The notes beneath the pieces are model-generated. The model worked only from the letters and a program-made list of their open reading frames with translations, ran no database searches and was not told the origin of the DNA. Position numbers and translations under genes: made by a program. Shown piece by piece: positions 25,501 through 40,500 of a DNA stretch of 64,000 nt; position 1 is the stretch's first letter, and each line of letters opens with the position of its first letter. The DNA lies in the NCBI GenBank assembly GCA_002633005.1, contig NMRA01000123.1, positions 340,364 through 404,363 of the forward strand, read 5' to 3'. This stretch comes from Phoronis australis. Lineage: Eukaryota; Animalia; Phoronida.

Positions 25501-28500
25501 AAAACTTTACTGATGCACGAGTATGTACTCCGTGCTGAAAGTGTATAAAAACAGAAGTGATACCTGAAGCAATAAACAGGGGCTGAGATAAAGCAATAGG
25601 TGTTCTTAATTTCAAGTTTGGCTCCTTTAAACAGAATCTCAAAAACTAGACAATTTCAAATGTCTTATGAACAAAAAATCGTCTTGTTGGAGTTTTAATG
25701 CCTCAAGGTCGATCGTGGCAAAAATTCAAAATCCCACAGTCAGAAATACTTAACACGAATTTTGTATTTATGAACACAACGCTAAATGCACCTATGCATG
25801 AAGAAGACACGTGCCACAATACCTTACCTTCAGGGGGTTGAAACAGTACGTACTGTCTGGCCGTAAGAGACGAAAAAACGGGCGGATTATATACAGCGGT
25901 TACCATACAAGTGTACGTGCCGTCATATGCTTCTTTGGGGGTTTTGCCAGGTTGGGGGTGGCTAATGTCTATAGTTAGTACAGATCTCTCTTCGCCACTG
26001 TAGCTGAATGCAGGCGACTTGAGCTCGTATTCAGCCAATGGAAGCAACGCCATGCTGGTTATGGGAACATTCAGAAACCACCTGGTCGTCAGCTTTTCGT
26101 CTGGGTCGACTTTAGCTTCGCACTTGAGTTTAACAGAGTTTCCTTGCTCCACATTCCTCCCAGAAACATGTCCTCGTGGCACACCGCTTTTCCATTCCAT
26201 CGGCTCTGAACAAAAAAACACAATTTAGTCATTTTCCTCATATGCTGAGTTTTGTGAACACGGTCATCGATAAGAAGACATGTTTGGAATCAGCGAATAG
26301 TGACTCAGTTTTACATGTATGTGAGCCACCAGGTGTCAGTGCACGTTTTCCTGGGTAGTAAGTACATCAGCAGAGCACAAAGACGCTTCTTCGAAAAAAG
26401 TGACTCAGTAACAAGTTCTTTATGAGCCGAGAGATCGCTTTTAAACCAAGTAAGTAGCAAGACAAGTTACAGTAAGTGGACCAACTCAAAACTTGTTTTT
26501 GACATAAATCACGGGCTTCGTGCCCCTTTAAAGGTATACTGGGGGTCTTTTTGCAGCCACCGGGATTTGCGCGCAAGTGAACGAGAAAGCGTGCACTATT
26601 TACTCCTGAGTATCTGAGGACTCTGAAAATTAATAATATTCATAACGCCGAAACACTGTTACTTTGAAAACATGTCGCATAGTTGTAACTGTCGCCATTC
26701 GAGAACTAAAAAGGTGATAACTGAAATCCGGAAAAAGTGGATGTCCGGATTTGCCGAGTCAATGCTCTAGAGTGAAATATTCGCTGCATCACGCAAGGTG
26801 TCGCGACACCGTTTTTAGCGAACGGGAGACAACACCTGCATTTTTCTTTAAAGGGAAATTATAGTAGTATTTGATAATATGTCAATTTCGCCAAAAAGCG
26901 GAACGCACATTTTAATGCTGTGGCGGGATGGAAAATCGTTATGTGGGGCAGTCCGCAAAGAGCGGGGCAATTGGCAATAACACTGTATGCTCTCACAGCA
27001 CGAAGTATTGGCTTGGATTCTTTTACATGGTAAATTTTTCATTCTTTTAAATCTTATTTCACGGATACGGAAAATACCACAGATAACAGCACTGCTTAGA
27101 AATCGAATTAACACAAAAAGCGGCCTATGCACAACAGGAAAATATTGTACAAGTGAGTTATTATAGGAACAACTGAAAACGGTAATATTATTATACATGC
27201 ACACACAAAAACACGCTTTTATTTGATTTTAGTGCAGAGCAAACAATCAAAAACGAGACGTTACTTCTTTCCCTAAAATACTGTAACACATTTTTGTACC
27301 CCTAAAGGTCTTGTTGAAAATCTCCTGGCGTGTTTTTGATTGACTGCCGAAAGTGGCTCATACATGAGTTGAAAAGATATCAGAGGCCAGTCGTTGCGTG
27401 TAATCAATGACCAGACGATTTGTCGGGTTTGTTGACTACTTGTGTCGAGAAATCGTTTGTTGTTTACAACCGTACCACAAGATTTTCGCTTCATTAACAA
27501 ACATTATGAAATGAAAACGAAGCAATGAACGTAGGACTGATTCACTGCAACTACAGCACTAGATCAAACCTCAATCGAACAGGCTGCTGGAAACAGTGCG
27601 AACTCTCGGAGTCCCAAGCCCTAATAGAATGCACAGGTCGCGTGCCGGAGTTGCAATTGGAGGGTTAAGAGTTCTATGGCACTACCGTGTTGCTGCGCCT
27701 TTAGGTTCATGGGTCCATATCCGAAATGCCCTTTCTCGTCCTTTGTACCGAAGTGTTTCGCACATTGGCGCATGCACGTACGTTTCGCATGTACATGTAA
27801 GCACAATTTCACACAAATGGCATAGACCTAAGGGCGGTAACACGGTAATATCCAATCTGTGACAAAGAGACTAAGAGTTTTTCGTTGAATGCTGGGAATA
27901 TCAATGAAGTGGAGGCAGATGGCCTAGTGGTAGGTGATAGAAGTCAGCAAAACATGGCTTGGTGTCTTTTTCATGATACGAGTTAACAACAGAAAGAGTT
28001 TTGTGTCTGGTAATATATCTAGCCTTGATATAACTCACCCATATAGTTTATCGTAGCGGTGCGAGTTCTATAGCCGAGAGCGTTCTCCAAAGCACACTGA
28101 ATCACCCAAGATTTCCGCAAGTTCCGAAACTCCATTTTTGTACCCTGGATCACAACTGAATCTTGTGGTCCTGCAGGCACTACGTCACTAATCGGTGGCC
28201 CTGAGTTGTAGAAAAAAATCCAAGTAATTTTACCTGGCAACTTACTGTTAGGCGTCAACTACAATTCATGGCCGCATGCACATGTGCTGCACATGTAGTG
28301 ACCACAGTCTGCTAAACGTGGTTGGGCATCCCCGGAATCAGTCGACTTTCCAAGATTCGATTTTAGGAAAATCAACGAAAAAAGATAGGAGGCCACCCAG
28401 GACACCTCGTGTATTTTCATAACGTAAAATCTCGCACGTAATCTGCGCATGTGCCGAATTCAGTCACACGACCAGTCAACCTCCATTGAAATTTCACATG

Positions 28501-31500
28501 GTGTACCGCATGACTGAAGTCCGTACATGCGCACGGGGCATTTGAATAAAACTTGACAGAGCTAGGACTTTCAGGCGAATTTCGTCTTTTATTTGCCAAA
28601 ATGACACTAGCTAAACTAAATGGTACCCTTAGAAGCATATCGTGGGGAGAACGGGAAATATTCCACAACTATTGTTTTCCGCGAGTGTAAACGGATAATT
28701 TTAATTTCAAACGGTATTAAGATAGCGTGTTCGCCTGGTGCACCCCTAGGACAAACCTTAGCGTGCAGCGGAGTGGTATATTAGGCAGTTGGTTAAAACT
28801 TGATAAATTTTTTATATAATTGTTGATGACAAAATCGTATTAGAAGCAATCAATCTGTATCACAACCACCCAAAACTACAGTATCATTAAACACTGTTCG
28901 GGGGTTGCCAAGCTCAAAATTGCGAATTAGCGAAGTTATTAACATTCACTTTAAGCTTGTTTGTGACAATGAGATATACAATAAGTCACTTCAGAAACAT
29001 TCACTCTCATTGACTAATATCTGACTAATACCATTTACACTAGCCAATGAAAAGCATGGTTCCATGCAGAGAAGATTCACATGTGTGTTTGCTGCCAGAA
29101 AAGGCACATGCAATTGATGCAATTATTTGGTTAAAATTGGTCATTATTTAAGCTGGTCATCTTAATTACCTCCAAACTGCATTAAAACTTCTAAACCCTT
29201 GTTATAATTCAACTTTTTGCAATGTTAAATACAGAACAATGGCTAAATTTATTCAAAATTCTCGTCAGTCACATGCAAATTAACACGTCTCATTAGGGTT
29301 CGCTTCAGGGTTTGTCAAAAAACTTATTGTTCTTTCACTGCTTCCCGATCCACAAGACTCATCACTCTGATTCACCTCTAATAATAACTTGTTAGAATGA
29401 CAAAGATAATTTGATGAAGTCACATCATTTCACGCCATTCTTATGGACTGTTCCAAACCTCCCTCGACCCCCATACCCCACGGCCCTCTCGAACCACAAC
29501 CCCTCGACTCACCGCCTTTGCGCTTTTTACACATTTCTTAAACATATTACGTCGAAAAGTGACTTCTATACTAGCGAATCTGCTGCGGCTGAAGACTGGT
29601 GGTTAAAAACAAAATTGGCGTAAGAACATGACCTGAAACAGCGGATTGTGATCGTGCTATCGCCCACAGGAAACTAGTTTTCACGAACGACTACGAATGG
29701 CAGTTCCACTAAACTTAGGGAGAGTACGATAACGTAAATGCACATAATTTTACATTTCGTATGGCTCTCTATTGTATACTCGTTTACAATGTATTTCATG
29801 TAAAGTTGATACTTTATAAGTTAACAGTTTGTTTTTAAACTGAAGAAAAAAATACGCATTTGTCGGTTCCTAGCACTCTACCAAAAAGCTTGAACCTGCT
29901 ATTCACTGAAGAGCAAGCGAGGCGATTACGTTCTGCCGGAAACATTTTTAACGTTGGCAGTTCTTGGATTTTATTTGGTCGCATTGTTTTTGATTCTGTC
30001 TTTTTTGGCTTTCAAACTTGTCGAATCCACTCTCTTAATTGCAAAAAGGGAAAAGCAAGCCGATCTCACGGACAAACTCGTTGGTCCTGTAAGTCAGTGC
30101 ACCTTCTGTGATTAGATCGAGTCAAGCATGTGTAGACTAGGTCGAGGGGTTGTGGACCGTGAGTCGAGGGGTCGTGGGGTGTGGTGGCTGAGATTATTTT
30201 TGAACAAACCCATTCGTATACCTATTTGATGGAATGTCCGACAAGAGTGAAAAATTCTAGCCTTGGTGCAAAGCCATTAGTCTTCATACAGGGAGCTGAT
30301 TGACTGCAAAAAGCTCGTGATTTCACAACGCCAAAAGGTAGAATTAGCAAAGAATACAATAAACATTTTCTGAGTATTCAAAAAAGTTAGCAAACAGCCA
30401 AGTTTCCTCTTAGACACAAATTGTTTATTTTCTGAGAATACTGAAAAATGCAAAATTTTGGAATGTAAGACTAAAAAAATCGCATTCTTGGAATCTTATT
30501 ATCATTACAAGATTTTTCTTTTGTTTTCTGTCAATTAGACTTGGTCTGCGCTACCGCAAATAATAAAGTACTGACTGACAAAAACAATTCCATGGAAATA
30601 ATGAATTAAATAAAAAATAAGAGCACGTGTTGCGAAAGTTACAACAGATTACATAGGTCGAAATAAGATGTTTCCTAAGAAAAGTTTAAATGGATGGTCT
30701 TTTACTCGAACACAAACATTATTGTATGGAATTTGTGATAGGCAAGGACAAATTTTTGAATGCGTTGTGTGCAACAGGCAGCTCAGGTCAACTCAGCATA
30801 TGTAAACATTGATCTTCCTATTTTTACAAGTACAATGAGAATTTGTTTTCCAGAGATTTTATTTATATTAGAGGCACGTGACAAAAGGAGAAGGCAACCT
30901 TTTTCATGTTATTTTTAATAAAAAACGGTTGATTGATTATCCCAGACATGACAGCCTCCTATAATTTTATTAATTAGTAGTGCACTACTCCGGAAATGAC
31001 GTTTTGGGGGGGTTAAGAATTTCCCGCCATCTTGTTTCTAGTGCGTTCGAGTTTACTGTGGGATCTGTTCTACTATTTTGTTTTGGTTTCCTAAAACTGT
31101 CACCACTTCCCATCGACCAGTATTCTGCGAAAAGCTTGTTAGAGAACTCAATTACATTGGATTTAGGAATCGCTTAGTTTGTAGTAGCCGGAAAATGGCT
31201 GGAGTCGGTGACGAGGAATTTTTTCACGAACAGTCAGTGAGTGGAGATATGTTTGAGCCGAATACGCACAGACAGCTGTTGAGTGAAATGAGGCAGAGGG
31301 TGAGGACAGACGTTGTGGGACGTCTTTGTGCGAATGCCCAGTGTGCACTTTTATGACCGCTTACACCCAGTGGTGTGACTCCCTCGCCACACAACTGGCA
31401 CTACTCAACATTGCTGCAGAGCTGTTTACAAGCTCTGTGCTGGAGACAACACGAACGATCCTATCAAAACCGAGGGAAAACCAGAGCTGTAGTGGTAAAA

Positions 31501-34500
31501 TTAGAGGTAGGTAGGCGCCCAAAGCCCATCGTATCACCTTGAGCACTGGACATAACTGACGGTGCGTAGGCGCTACGTTCAAATGCCAAAAGGTGGTTGG
31601 CTGCGCCTACGTACGCCTACGCTCCACAACAGCACTGGAGAAAACAATGACTGAATCAATAACTCCCACAGTCAGACTACATGAACATGTATATTGAAAC
31701 AAAATGGCGGGAAACTCTTAAACCCCCTAAACGTCACTTCAGGAGTAAGGCAAGATTTATTAATAAAGTTATGTGAAGCCTTCATTAACTGAAAAAAAAT
31801 GTCTGGGATAACGAAGGAACCGTATATTTACTAAAAATGACATGAAAATTTTCCCTTTTCCTTTATTGTCAAGGGCAGTACAATTACCAAGCCCTTAAAA
31901 AATAGTAACAAATCCAAATACAAGGCAATTTATGTTCCTCATTATTTTATGAATTCCTAATATAACTAATCATCTTTGGGAATAGCGAAAAAGGTGTTTG
32001 GAAATAGCAATTGGCAATAGGAATATTTTCGGACATGGAAAAAGCCTTTTATACCAAATTACTTTTCTCAAAATTTTAACCACTTTGAATTTGAGCTACA
32101 AAGCTGTTTCTACATATTTCAAAAGAAAGAGTTAAACCACAAATCTACACGAAATAACTGGTCTAATGACAACTAACTGGTAACTGCCTTTTGGCTGAGG
32201 TTTTTAGGGAGGGTCATTAAAGATTTGACCACGGCTGCTTTGTCTGCAAACATGACTGCCACCAAGCCTTAAATTGGTGACCTTGATGGTGAAAATATCT
32301 GGTTACCGTGGTAACGACACCCAAACCAGCTGAGCAACACCTGTAACATTCAGCAATGAGCCAACTTACTACTTTTGGGGAGGTTGGCTGTGCCTAACGC
32401 AAATTTGCCCTCAAACTTAAAATTGCTGATGATAAATGGGTAAATATCTCACTGGGATACTACGATAACAACGCTTGTTTAAGCATGATCACCAGTTTCA
32501 AGGAAAGGTGACTATAAATACTTTGCTCATAGTGGCACGCTTCTAACATGACTTTGCCTTCCAACTTAAAATTAGCAGTCTGACTAGAATGTGACGTCAT
32601 TCTGTGTAATGTACATGGCCCTGCTTTTCAATGACTTGTGTAAACCATATTAGCCAGGCATTTACCAGCTGTGGTGGTTACTTAACGGTGGTGCTTACTC
32701 AGACCTGACAAGTGTAAATATTCTCACACTCCTATGGTAAGCGTGGACAATGATACGTTATCACTTACAGTGTCGTATTGCGTTGATGTACCACATCGGT
32801 AAAGAAGTTTGCGGATGTGTGGGGGCGGCTTCGCATCTTAAAATCACGTGGCCACCTTTTGTGGTATTGATGTCTTTAGGTTCTCCATTGAGGAACGTTG
32901 GAGGATCTGCAAGGAAGAGTTTGCTTCGTTGTGTGGTGGTTCATTTTTTCGAGCTGACTAAATAGGGACAGTGTCTGCTTCATTGCCGATTAACGCATTG
33001 TTGTATGGAACACACTTAGCTTAAAACAACCCAATCAGTTGTTATTTTGTGTTTACAAATCTCCTATTCGAGGATTATTCAAGTGTAGCTGAAGATGGTA
33101 AATAGAGAATAGATTTGTACCGACGTATTTCTGTGTACGTATGGGCTGATTACCCTAAAATGGAGTAGTTGGAAGCTTGTGAATCAGCTTAAAGAAAAAC
33201 CTGTTGAATGGTGTATATACATGTGCAAGCGGCCTCGTTTTACTCGCCATCGCATAACTTGTCTGCTTATTTTTTCTTGGTCCCGATTACACGCTCTTTC
33301 GTTTACATGTAAAGGTTGGCGCTTACGTCGTCGTCCGTGTGTGGTGGTTTTTGCTTAGGTCTTCGCTAAAAAGCAGAATCTGTGGTTACGTTTACATGCA
33401 AAAAATTTCGCGTACGTCGTCACAGTTACTGTACTAAGACGCCCCCTTCCGTATATTACTGTATCGTCTTCAGGCCTACTTCCGGTTATGAATACACGTT
33501 TGTTCCTTATCTGCTTCATAAATGAGTGATCTACAACTCATTACATGGTAGCAACGGTGCTGTTGCGAATTCTAGTACTCCTCGAACCGCAACATTCAGA
33601 ATAGACAGTCTGACATTTGTGAGTACTCTCTAATTGTCCGATCCGACTTTCGAGTCAACCGCTCTACTCAAGCACTGGCCCAGGTGCAACAAACATGTAC
33701 ACTGACACTATGAAACAACACAGGTAGACAAAATAAAAACGCTGCATTGGGTGCACCTTAACTTCCCCCGGGCTTCCAAACTCTTTCGACAACGCCTTGA
33801 GCTATATTCACTGTGAAGGGGGCAAAAATGAGAAGACCAGATTCCCCACATATTCATGTCCGCAGGCAAAAATAGCCCCCAAGTCTGCGATAGCTGGGAT
33901 CTTCAAACTTCAGAACGGGGCGATCCTTCATCTATATTTTGCAAATTTGCTGAACAAATCGTACGAGCGGAAAACTACAGAATTTGTCTACTAAAAGTGA
34001 GCACACTCAGGCAACAACCAGACCAAACACTCGAAGGCTACCCATACAGGTTGTTGATGCCGGCAGTATATCTTTCGCCGTTGTGATTTGGTCTCTTTCA
34101 GTTACACGGTTTATTCCAGTTGTTACATGTGGTGTTTGCATATGAATAGTAGCTTGCCTTTGTATTTTTACGCAGTTTTGGTGACCGGTGATTTTTGACT
34201 TAAGCGCCATTCGTTGACAAGACCTGTAAAGCGAATCATATATTTTCTCGGAAGCTGGGATTTTCAGTTAGAATGAACACAAACTGTCGTTCACACTGTT
34301 GCAAGTCTTTACCGAGTATTTCAGCATAACATGTTGTATCTCATGTGTGTCTTACTAGTTTAGAACGTACATAATGGTTGTTTTCATGGTTTCATTCAGC
34401 TGCTTGTTCATGACGCATATCTTGCGCGTGGTACCCGGTTCATAGGATAAATAGTTACGGGTCGTCGCAGTGAGTTTGTATATGGTAATGGTTCCTATAG

Positions 34501-37500
34501 GCAGTACAGGTTTCAGTTAATTGTATATCGTTGGTGTGTAGCTACTGTTTTTAAAACTTGTTAGGTCTGTATTATAGTGTCATTGTAGCATGTCTTTCCA
34601 GCGCTCTGATCTATGGTCTTTGTTGGTTGTTATACTTGCTTGCATAATTACTGAGACTGCTGTTTGTCTTTGTTATAGATAACAACTTGTTCGGTAGCAC
34701 TTTTTATGGCTTGACATTGCTTGTTATTGTATCGCTTGTGAACGCTCTACCGAATAAAGTGTGTTACGCAAACGGTCTCACCGTATTCACTTATACTTCT
34801 TGTAGCCGGACGCGTAAATAACAAGCCAAGAGATGCGACTTCTATAATGAAGAAATGAACCAACGCATGTTTGGGCTATTAATATCAAGCAACCCACTGA
34901 ATTCCAAAAAGAACTGCTTATCAAAGAGACAGATTCACCCCAGGTAACGCCATCAAGCTAGGCCACAGGTACGAAGCAGCCCAGGCAAAGTGCTTCCGAT
35001 ACACATTGGTATAGACTCCTCTGCAAGCTCACCTAGAACAACTGTACATGCTTATAAATCAGCGAGCGCCACTCAAACACCCACATGGCCAAAATGACGC
35101 ATACCTGCATGTTATAACCGCGGCAAATACTGGCCTGTAAAACATGACACATGCAACCGCTGCGGAAAGTTAGGCCACAGCTGTAAATACTGCTTCACTT
35201 CAAAATATCAACACAAGCGACAACACTCTCAAAACTCGTGCCCTGGCAGAACACCAACCGGCAAGACACGCAGCTCGAAAGAGAGATTTCCCGCAGTTTA
35301 TAAAGCAGACGACTCTCAAGACACAGGATTCGAAACATTCACCTTTGAAATTATTGAAGCGTCCCCTGTCAAAACATAAAACGAGGCATATGCCACGTTG
35401 CCACAAAAGCTCCTCACCCCGAAGCCGCGCACAATCTCGAGCTTAAACTTGAAACCGGTGCACAAGCCAATACCTTGCCATTTCGGACACAGATACATGT
35501 ACATTTTCCCACTCAAAATTGACAACAACGGCTGCCGAAAACCAGAGTATCTCACAGAGACAGACGCCAGAGGAACCACATACAACAGCACCACTATTCC
35601 ATACGCTGCAATTACAGCACTTACCTGTCAGTACAAAAACAGGGCGGTAAGACACCCATTCTACATCGTATGTGCTAGGACCAGCAATCGTGGGATTTCC
35701 AAGTTGTGAAACACTTAACATTGTAGACATCCATGCCACCCAGTCACTACACTACATCGACACGGCTGATGAACTGAAACATGAAATAGTAAAACTAGTA
35801 AAATTAAAACGACGAGCGTCGGTACTAAAATATATTAAAATACCCCACGTTTCGAGTGAGGCTGTGCTACAGACTGCTAAGCGCATCGCTCGGAACGTGG
35901 GGATATTTTGATATATTTTAGTACCGACGCTCGTCCTTTTAGTTTTACTAGTTGCACTATTTCATATTTTTATCCGTCGCTAACAGCACGGCATCCCAAT
36001 ATCTATTTGACCTGAAATTCCCAACACATTTCGATCGATTTTGGAACTTCACCCAGAAGCACAATAAAAACGACAACATAGACCTCCATACACGCAACTG
36101 TCCAACATGTCAAGAAGATCAAAAATCACAGACTTTCGAGCCACTGGTGCAACATGACATACCCATCCAACCATGGTGAACTCTGATAAACGATATCTTT
36201 GAACGCGATGGCAGCGAGTACTTTATCATTGTAGATTACCACAGGAAATTCCATCTAGCTAAACATTTACCCAAATCATCACCCAGCATCGTCGTGGTAT
36301 CTGTCATCAATCAGAAATTTGATAACCATACAAGGCCATCCGTGACAATGGTCCACACTTCGCCTGTCATCTATGTAATACGTTTGCTAAGGAATGCAAG
36401 TTCGAGCATGTAACGACATCTCCATGAACACGGCAACGGTTTCATTGAACGTCAAGTTCAAACAGTAAAGTACCAAGCCCGGCAGAACTTCTCGTGGACC
36501 GCAAGTTCAACACAGCGCTGCCTTTTTGACAAAAGACACAACCGTAACGGACGACTTTTAAGAACCCTGGACATGTACGAGAACGGCTGCACCGACTCCA
36601 GTGCAAGCCAAAGTTCTACTTTGATCAGCGTGTCCTTACAAGCGATCCACCGCCCCTCCACGTCAGACAATAGGTTAAAGTTCAGCACCCAGTAACTACA
36701 TGAATACCTTCGAAAACATCAGATCTACACTCATACATACCACAAGATGTAAATGGGCGTAAATTCAGTTGTAACCGACAACACACCTGCTACATCACCA
36801 AGTCTTGACCTGAGGAAGACAAAAAATCCAGCAAGTAGCCCTCCACCTGCCTTCCAAGCCAGTAGTCCATCACCTGCGACACCACCGTATACCACCCGAT
36901 CGGGTTGAAAGGTCACCAAGGCTGCTACATGTAGATCCAATGAACCAGGGGCCCGTTCCAAGAAACTGACTTAAGTTCATTTTGACTTAAGTCTAAGATT
37001 TGTCTTAACTTCCAATCTTTGAAACTTCCACATCCGGTAATGTTTGTCAAAATTAAGAAAAAGCATACGTCAAACACTTAAATTAAGCTTAAGATCTCTC
37101 CCTTGAAATGAATTTGAGACAAATTTAACTTTTATTTTAAAATTTAGTTAAATTTAAGAATTGTCTTAGCTAAGTCAGTTTTGTTGGAACGGGCCCCAGT
37201 TCTCATGCAACTTCCTACTACATGTATTTGTTGATTGTCGCTTTTGGAAAAAAATGGGATGTTATCGTATTAACTAAAATGTGAAGTTCTGGTTTATGAA
37301 TACGCGCTTGTCCCTTATCTCATTAGATCACGAGTGATCCACAAGTCATTACAGTCACAAGAGGAAGTATGCTTTTGGGTTAGATTTCGCGTCCGTACCC
37401 ATCAATTGCAGTGGGGAGGTGCGAAGTAGTCTGAATTTTTTATTCACTTTGAAAGAAAATCAGGTTGACGTGGAGCTGAAGTGCCTTGGGTAGTACGTTG

Positions 37501-40500
37501 CGCAGACTCCAACTTCCGGTGGGGTTGAACGATGTGTTTGCATGAGTTTTGAGATAACGTCAATTGTTTTTGTATTTCCTGAACATTACAGCGTCAGATT
37601 TTAAATCGCTATATGGCAAAGTACTTAAATTCAAAGCAGTGTTTTTCTAAGTTCACTTGAGACAGAAGAGAAAATGCCCGAAGTTTCCCCGCCACCCAAC
37701 TTCAACTGCACCTCACCATGTTCTCCATATGGACCCTTCTCTGTCACTTACGCCTCACTTTTACGTTGAACTGTCCACATGTCTCGTATTTATAGAAAAA
37801 CACAGCGCAGGCTGTGTAGGTTCCTTCGTGGTTTGACCCCGCGTCGATGAAAACCTTGGAGTTGGGAAGAACCCCATCTTTCATTTTGCTCATATCCAGT
37901 CTAGGAGGATATTCCCATCGCTTGACTTTTGGAGTAGGACTGGAAAATGGCATCACAAAAACGATACGTAAATATGAAGTATACAATATTTTACACGTCC
38001 AGGTTTGCGTCTTTTCCGAACAATATCACAAACGCAACGCAAAGTGTTGCTATGCGTTCACAAAAGGAAAGTTTCAGTGGATGATTATCGGTTTCACGTA
38101 GGGTACACGGAGACAGCAAATTGATTACCAATTGTAGCTGCAATTGACAAAGAAGTGTTAGTACCCCACCGTTCAAAACTGAAATCAAAAAGTTGAAATA
38201 AAAAACTGAAACTTACAAAACATGACCCTCAGGCACACTGCACCTGGTATCCAAAATTAGGAGGTCTAATCTACTTTTCCATAAAGCACGCCATGAGATT
38301 TGGTGGACAGACACGCAATGTTATATTAACGGGCAGAGCACAGAACAGCACGGGCACAAGGACTGTCATACAGCAGGGCAATGTCATCAAATCTACTCTA
38401 CCTCCGTTTCAGTGTTTAATTGAAATCTTTCAATCGCTTTTCAAGATACCTATACATGTATCATTTGCAAATACTTCCCAAAAATACTAAAAAGACTCTT
38501 GCTACGACCAAAATGTCTGCCTACAAAGGGGTGACGAGTCAAATTCGCCCACAAATGGACCATTGCCACATTACTGTAACAAATATCCTAGTCTCAAATT
38601 CCATTGAAATCTGTCAATTAGTTCTCTAGATATCTTTCAAAAATACTCTTCCCCAAAATTAGTGAAAATCATAGCTCCTGAAGCTGAGGCAAAACCAAAC
38701 TAAAGTAACATGCACTGCCCGAACGTTGCCCTACACCACTACGTCAAATGTTTTCAAAGTACGATCAGGACATTTTCAGACATAGAGCATAAAATTGGAC
38801 TATAGGACAACTGGACAAAATGGCCACTAGGGATTTCCGCTGTGGTATAATTTGCAAGGAATTGATTTTTACCAGTACATTGCCGTCACACACTCTTCTG
38901 TCGAGTTACGTAGGAATATAACAATCGATTATCCAGCCATCCAGAAAATTTCATACAGGGTACTTGAAAGGATGGGTGGAAAAATACTGAACAGCCTCGA
39001 CCACTGGCCTCCAGGGCATGCACCTCTCTAGCGGCACCGTACACCCTTCTGCCAGATTTCATCAACATACTGTATTTCAGAAATAAAGCAGACAACTGAA
39101 CGACCAGACAAAATGGCCCCCGAAACGCTCTTCTTCCAAAACACTGAAAAACCTCGCCTCTCTGGGTCTAGTAGGCGTGGAAAATTGACAACGGACACGC
39201 TCTGTTCTTGTCATGTGCTACACACTTGTACTCAATTTCATCAAAATCCAATCAGGGCTGTTTGAGATATTGAGGGAAAATCGGAAAACCAGACATCTGG
39301 ATGTGCGTTTTCACGGTGAATACTGGGCAACTGTCTCATCATGTGCCCATACTGTACAAGAAGGCATGTCTTTTCGAGAGTACAAGAGGTCTTTGAGAAA
39401 GTTCGAATCTGCAGGAGCAAAAGTGGTACTTAATAACACTTCCGCTAACGAAAAGTTGATGCCGACATACACAAACACATACACATGAGTGTGATCAAAG
39501 AACTCAACAAATACATGCAACCAATCTGTTTTTCGCCTAGGCTGTTCAGTCTGTCACCTCCTGTTGGATACATGGCCTACTGCAAGTACGTGCTAAGGCG
39601 GTACTAATAGAAGAGACAATATACTGCGCGTTACATATGACCGACATGCCAGTATACTCTTTGCCTGGCTATCAGGTACATGTACGGCTATTGTGGAACT
39701 TCTAAGGATTGGCAAAAGTATCCATAGCATTGTTTTGTTTCAGGTTGAAGTACTAAATCGACACTACGTGTAGTATTCCTTAATATTGGTTTAGTTTCCT
39801 TTTGACTAAACATTTCTGTCAAAAAATATTTTCAAACAAGTATATATGTAATGCGTTGATTAAGTTATAAAATTGACAAACCTTAAAAGTAGGGTTGAGC
39901 TATTTTGTGCAAAACAATAGAATACGATATAGCATGAAACAGACACGCAGCACTTAATGCACGCTGTAAGGATTACAATCGAAGTTTCAACTTACTCTCC
40001 AACAAAAATGAACTTCAGTATAAAGTCCTCGCCGGCGTCTACCTCAACATTGCTCTGTTCATCTCCGTCTGGGTAGAGTAACCTGGGTGTGTTCGTCACC
40101 ACGTCTGTAATAAAGGATTGTCCAGTTCTTTGAGCGTGTTGCTGTACACGTTTTGGCTCTTAGGCTTGAACTGTTAGTTGAACTGTTACCAAAGGACTGG
40201 CTCGTTGTGGGCAAAGGCTGATGTGTCGTGTTGTTAAAAAATCTTGGCGAGAGTTACATTTATCGAAGGACGGGATGGGAAAACCTTACTAAAAGTAAGG
40301 TTGGACGCGTGCATGGTGACTGAAAGTTTTGTGCAGGCCAAGTGAAAGCATTGTTTTGCCTAAAACGTGATCACACGATACCTTTTGCATGTGCCGCAAC
40401 TAGAAAAATCGGATCCGTGTTCGACCGTTACGCATTAAGACAACCTCCTTACAGACCTGATTTGGCACTATGAGATCATCTTCGCCTAAGGGAGTGAAAG

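Larger units (their letters stand above)
33424..37353 (+). mobile_element. Gypsy/Ty3-type LTR retrotransposon, internally deleted and decayed
   Basis: LTRs 33424-33545 and 37260-37353 both end CATTACA. 5-bp TSD GTCAC on both sides. PBS TGGTAGCA follows the 5' LTR and a polypurine tract GGAAAAAAATGGGA precedes the 3' LTR. Protease-like remnant at 35450-35720. Integrase remnant at 36090-36470 (CPTCQ..., PW...DIF......IIVDY, DNGPHF, HVTTSP, NGFIERQVQTVK). Confidence 0.9.
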
